Source: Pseudomonadales bacterium
Lineage (GTDB): Bacteria; Pseudomonadota; Gammaproteobacteria; Pseudomonadales; UBA7239
Reading direction: 5' to 3'
NCBI GenBank assembly: GCA_041395785.1
Contig: JAWKZZ010000009.1
Span: forward strand, 8,292 to 72,291
DNA length: 64,000 nt
This document shows positions 60,046 to 64,000 of this stretch, piece by piece (the stretch's first letter is position 1; every line of letters starts with the position of its first letter). Made by a program: the position numbers and the translations under genes. Below the pieces are notes generated by a model. It was not told where the DNA came from. It did not search any database and saw only the letters and a program-made list of their open reading frames with translations.

Positions 60046-62368
60046 TTAAGCCGACGCGCGGATCAACACGGGAATTTCTTTATACGCCGGTGTGCGCGTG
60101 TATTCCGAGAGTGATGACGCGTGCAGTAGCGGTGTGGCTTCCGGAAAGTACGCGGCGACACAGCCGGCTGGGATGTTGTAACGCACCACTTTGAAACCTT
60201 TCACCACGCGCGCGGCTTCGCTGCCATCGCCACAGCTGTGCAGGTCAACCAAATCGCCGTCTTGCAAACCGCGTTTGTGCAGATCGGTTTCGCTGATGAA
60301 TACGACATTGCGCCCACCAAATACGCCGCGATAGCGATCGTCCTGCCCGTACACCGTGGTATTGAATTGATCGTGCGAACGCACCGTCATCAGCGTCAAC
60401 ACATCACTGCCGTGTTTCACACGCGCGCGTTCTACTGGGCCGTGCGTGCGCAGTGGATGCACGCGAAATTCGGCTTTGCCGCTGGCGGTTTTCCATAGTC
60501 GCAGGCGTGCGGTGTTGGTGAGTGTGAAGCGCCCCTGTTCGTTGATTTTGCGGTTGTAGTCGCTGAAATCATCCACCAGGCCGCGCTGACATTGTTCGAT
60601 GGCGTTGCGGATCAGGCTGTAATCATCCGCCATCGCCAACCAAGGAATACCGCTGTCTGGCGCGAGCGCTGCGCCGAGGTTTGCGACGATGGCCGGCTCG
60701 CTCATCATCTGCTCAGACAGCGGTGTCTGCACGCCGCGCGAGGCGCGCACATTGCTCATCGAATCTTCGACGGAGATCACTTGCGCTGTGCCGTGGCGCA
60801 GGTCGATGTCGGTGCGCCCCAAGGTGGGCAGCAGCAAGCCGACTTCGCCGGGGTAGCAGTGCGTGCGGTTGAGTTTGGTGGCGATGTGTAGGGTAAAGCG
60901 GCAGCGGCTGAGACCTTCCAGCACACGCACGGAATCGGGGGCCGCTGTGCCGAAGTTGCCGCCCAGCGTGAAAAAAGCGCGCACTTCGCCATTGAACATT
61001 TTGGGCATCAACTGGCCGGCATCGAGACCGGCAGCGCGGGTGATGCGCGCTTGCGGAAATACGCTGCTCGTGTCGAGCCAGCGCTCGGACACCACGGAAG
61101 TCGCGCCCATCGTGCGATCGCCCTGCACATTGCTGTGGCCGCGCACTGGCACCGCCCGCGCCGGGGCGGCCGATGTGCCGCGCAGCAGTAGCAAGTTCAC
61201 CGGTGTTTGAATGGTGTGTACGCCGTTTTCATGATGCGTGAGCCCCATGCACCAAGTGGCCATCGCGGCAGGGGCTGCGGCGGCAGAGTTCGGCCAGCTC
61301 GCGGATGTCTTCCCACGCTGATGCCAGATTGCTCGACGAGTGCATCCCACGATGCGGCGGCTAAATCTGCGCGCAGCGCTTCAAAGCCGGTGGTGGTAAT
61401 TTGTTCAGCGATGAAGGCTTCATCCAATATCGGCGTGGTGTTGTTGGCTGTTGCTTGGGCGTGCATATCAAACAGATGCTTCATGACGCCTTTGAACAGC
61501 GCGGGTCGCCGCCGATACGCACTTGGTAAATGCGGTGTGCAACCGCCATGCCAGTGTTGGCGATCATTTCGCCCATGGCTTTGGGGTCGGAAAAATTGGT
61601 AAAGCCGCGTTCGCGCAACGGGTTGATGGCAATGACTTTTGTGCCGCGCGCCGCCGCTTCATGCAGAGCCGCCCATCATGCGCGGGTGGTTGGTGGCGGG
61701 GTTTTGTCCGACCACTCCAAAATCAAATCGGCGTGTTCAAAATCATCCAGCGAGCAAGTGCCTTTGCCCACACCGATGGATTGTTTGGTGCGAAGCCCGA
61801 AGACTCATGGCAGAGTTGGAAGAGTCAGGCAGGTTGGCGCAGCCGCAAGCACGCGCGACCGGTTGCCACAAAGCCGCTTCGTTGCTGCTGCGGCCAGAGG
61901 CGTAAAACGCGGCTTGGTCGGGTGAGATGGCTTGCAATTCAGCGGCTGTGATCTCGAAGGCTTTTTCCCACGAGATGGGCTGGTAAGTGCCGCTTTCTCG
62001 CGTGTAGAGCATCGGGGTGGTGAGGCGGCCTTGGAACTCCAAGCCGTAGTCGCTGCGTGCGCGGTGTTCGAGGGTTTGTCCGGCAAAAAAATCGGGGCCA
62101 GTTTCCTTGCGCGTCATTTCCCAAGCGATGGCTTTGTGGCCTTGCTCGCAGCTGTCGACCGCAGGTTTGCCCGATTGTCGGGGAAGGCGCAGCCTGGACA
62201 GTCAAATTTGGCGAGCTTGTTGGCTTGTAGCAGCATGGATGCGGCTTTTAGCGGAGACATGCCCTGAGCGGTGTAAGACTTGAAGGTGCTCTTTACCGCG
62301 CCGCGTCCGCCCGCGGGTTTGTCGGTGTGGTCGATACGAATATATTTCGGTTCGACGGCTTCAGGCAT
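60046..62368 (-). pseudogene. YdeP/FdhF-like molybdopterin oxidoreductase, many frameshifts in the N-terminal half
   Basis: Start MPEAVEPKYIRIDHTDKPAGG...FDCPGCAFPD | VDSCEQGHKAIAWEMTRKETGPDFF...FYASGRSSNEAAL | CHESSG | QSIGVGKGTCSLDDFEHADLIL | ..NPATNHPRMM | ..AARRGAKVIAINPLRERG... | MKHLFDM... These pieces are distributed over three frames between about 61150 and 62170. The C-terminal roughly 370 aa (60046..about 61140) are continuous (VRGHSNVQGDRTMG...). Confidence 0.8.
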
Positions 62369-62479
62369 GACGCAAATCTCCAGTGATACAGAGCAAAGCA
62401 CGCAGGCTTTTTACTGGGGGATAGTTGCACGACAGTTTACATCATCGTAGACGACTACTTTTCCATGGCTCTTTAATAA

Positions 62480-62510
62480 ATTAGATTTGCATAAATTATA
62501 TAAATCTAAT
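62480..62510. promoter_or_regulatory. AT-rich inverted repeat in the ydeP/arsR divergent intergenic region (candidate ArsR-family operator)
   Basis: ATTAGATTT (62480-62488) and AAATCTAAT (62502-62510) are exact reverse complements separated by 13 nt. They lie about 30 nt upstream of the arsR-like ATG. Confidence 0.35.
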
Positions 62511-62540
62511 ATAAATACGGCCAAGCCTTGGGGTAAGCGA

Positions 62541-62909
62541 ATGAAGACACGGGATATTTCATTACAGACGAATAGCGCTGCAGAACAAATGGCAGCCAAT
62601 GCGCGGCGGGCTTCGTTGTTTTTAAAGCAGTTAGCGAATGAAAACCGCCTGCTCATTTTGTGTGCACTGATAGAGCGCGAGATGTCCGTGGTGAAATGGG
62701 CGGCTTGGTGCCGTGGAGCTGATCATCGCTCTCGCAACACCTAGCTAGCTTGCGGGATGCGCAGTTGGTGACGACACGCAGAAGGGCAAGAGCATTTTTT
62801 CTATTCAATTGCCAACCCAACCGTGAAGGCCGTCATACAGGTGCTACATGAACAGTTTTGCCCTAACGGAATTTCATCCACTGCAGAGGTTTCTCATGAA
62901 AGTCATTGA
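62541..62909 (+). pseudogene. ArsR/SmtB-family (BigR-like) HTH regulator, frameshifted
   Basis: MKTRDISL...ASLFLKQLANENRLLILCALIEREMSV | ...SLSQHLASLRDAQLVTTRR | ...FYSIANPTVKAVIQVLHEQFCP. The canonical ArsR wHTH is spread over three frames. Confidence 0.7.
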
Positions 62910-63408
62910 TGCCAAGACATTTTTGCAAGAGGGCGATATCGTCGCCGTGTTATCGATATTGCGCTCACCGGCCGAAGGTTTAGAGCTAACCATGCTACCG
63001 AGCGGCGAAAACCTCCCGCTGGATAAGGTGCAGGCAGGCATCTTGCCCACACACTGAATGAGGGGTGAAGTCATCACCCTGTTGTGTCGATCGAGGAAAC
63101 GCTCAGAAGCGCCGCCTGCTGGGAACTGCTCACGGCGAAGTTGGGCGGCAATGTGGTGACCATAGAAGGTGGGATAGTCGCACTTGCTCAAGAAGGTGTT
63201 GTTTTAGAAGGCTCTGGCAGAGCGTGGTCGCTAGAGGCAGCAGGTGCGCTTGGTGGCTGGCGCACACTGGTGTTTTTAGGCAGTCTTTGTCTTTGCTGTA
63301 TTTTTTGGCAGTGCCGCTATTTGTCGGTGCCGGCTTGATGTTTGCGGGTATCACGGTAACACTTGTGGTATGGCGATGCTGTTGGCGCGTATGCCTTGGA
63401 ATCGCTGA
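62896..63408 (+). pseudogene. Rhodanese-domain protein with C-terminal DUF2892-like membrane segment (YgaP-like), frameshifted
   Basis: MKVIDAKTFLQEGDIVAV...SPAE...ENLPLDKV | ...ITLLCRSRKRSEA | ...ACWELLTAKLGGNVVTIEGGIVALAQEG | ...FVGAGLMFAGIT..TCGMAMLLARMPWNR*. The rhodanese active-site Cys context (CRSGKRS-like) and the DUF2892 tail lie in different frames. Confidence 0.65.
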
Positions 63409-64000
63409 TGGCTGTGCTCATTGGCGTTGTCATTGTGGTGGGGCTGACAGGCGCGGGCGGATCGGTACTGGCGGTGCCGCTATTAGTGTTGATGCCTCAA
63501 TCTATCGATGAACCACGCCACGGGTATCGCCTTGGGTGCTGTTGCTGCCAGTGCGATCAGCAGTGTGTTTCAGCGCATTCGCAGCAGGCAGGTGTTGTGG
63601 ATACCGGCAGCCATTCTCGCCATGACAGGAGCTGCTATGGCGCCTTTGGGCAGATGGGTGGCGCAAGGCATACCTGAAGTGGTGTTGTTGCTGGGCTTCG
63701 TACTGTTGGCAAGTGCTATCGCGGTGCGTATGTGGCGTCAGGCTGTGCGTCAACCTGATGCAGCGCATTCGTGCTGGCACAGAACTACCAGCCAGCAGCG
63801 GGTGCACTGTTATGTCCATTCAGTGCGACAGGTAGTTTCAGCTGCGCCCGCGTTGTGTGACGAATTATTGCGTAGGCGGTGCGGTAGTGGGTTTTTTGTC
63901 AGGCATGTTTGGCGTAGGTGGCGGCTTTCTTGTTGTGCCTTTGCTGATGATGCTATCAGCTTTGTTCACTTACGCCATCGCTGTAGCAACTTCGCTTGCC
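63408..64000 (+). pseudogene. TauE/SafE-family sulfite exporter (DUF81), frameshifted and running off the window
   Basis: MAVLIGVVIVVGLTGAGGSVLAVPLLV | ...HATGIALGAVAASAISSVFQRIRSRQVLWIPAAILAMTGAAMAPLGRWVAQGIPEVVLLLGFVLLASAIAVRMW... | ...GGAVVGFLSGMFGVGGGFLVVPLLMM. The ATG overlaps the preceding TGA (TGATG). Confidence 0.65.

Overview
This looks like a gammaproteobacterial chromosomal segment, roughly 48-50% GC by eye. The backbone is conserved housekeeping synteny: ETF-QO, clpS-clpA, infA, tRNA-Leu(TAG), tig-clpP-clpX-lon-hupB-ppiD, comEC, yheS, alr, cysB, sppA, arsC-wrbA, cysZ, pyrD, rlmL, dusA, a yejB-E-A-F peptide ABC importer, queF and yadGH. Several accessory patches interrupt it. (1) The 5' end of an MmeI-like type IIL R-M gene, plus G-rich palindromic repeats, lies at the left edge. 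(2) A hipBA toxin-antitoxin module is wedged between clpA and infA. (3) A membrane sensor Ser/Thr kinase and a second InaA/Kdo-type kinase lie between ppiD and comEC. (4) A small patch holds ParE-type TA, an orphan livF-like ATPase and a 2OG-Fe(II) oxygenase. (5) An 8.4-kb type I R-M island (hsdM-hsdS-X-Y-hsdR) is inserted almost seamlessly between pyrD and rlmL. Within that island, X is an intact ABC/OLD-type ATPase with a C-terminal RNxxxH (HEPN-like) domain, in the position PrrC occupies in the E. coli prr locus. Y is an intact Bro-N/DinD-like gene bracketed by two diverged copies of the hsdR 5' end. The hsd genes themselves carry many single-base frameshifts. (6) The right end holds a phosphoketolase-like and beta-CASP MBL gene pair, then a frameshift-riddled YdeP-type molybdopterin oxidoreductase and an arsR-rhodanese/DUF2892-tauE sulfur module. 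Apparent 1-nt deletions, often in homopolymers, cluster at about 35.9-38.0 kb and 61.1-64.0 kb, with isolated cases at 24.0, 41.4 and 46.5-46.7 kb. I cannot tell from sequence alone whether these are real pseudogenes or assembly errors. No rRNA, CRISPR array, integrase or transposase was seen. All domain calls come from reading the translations; no searches were run.
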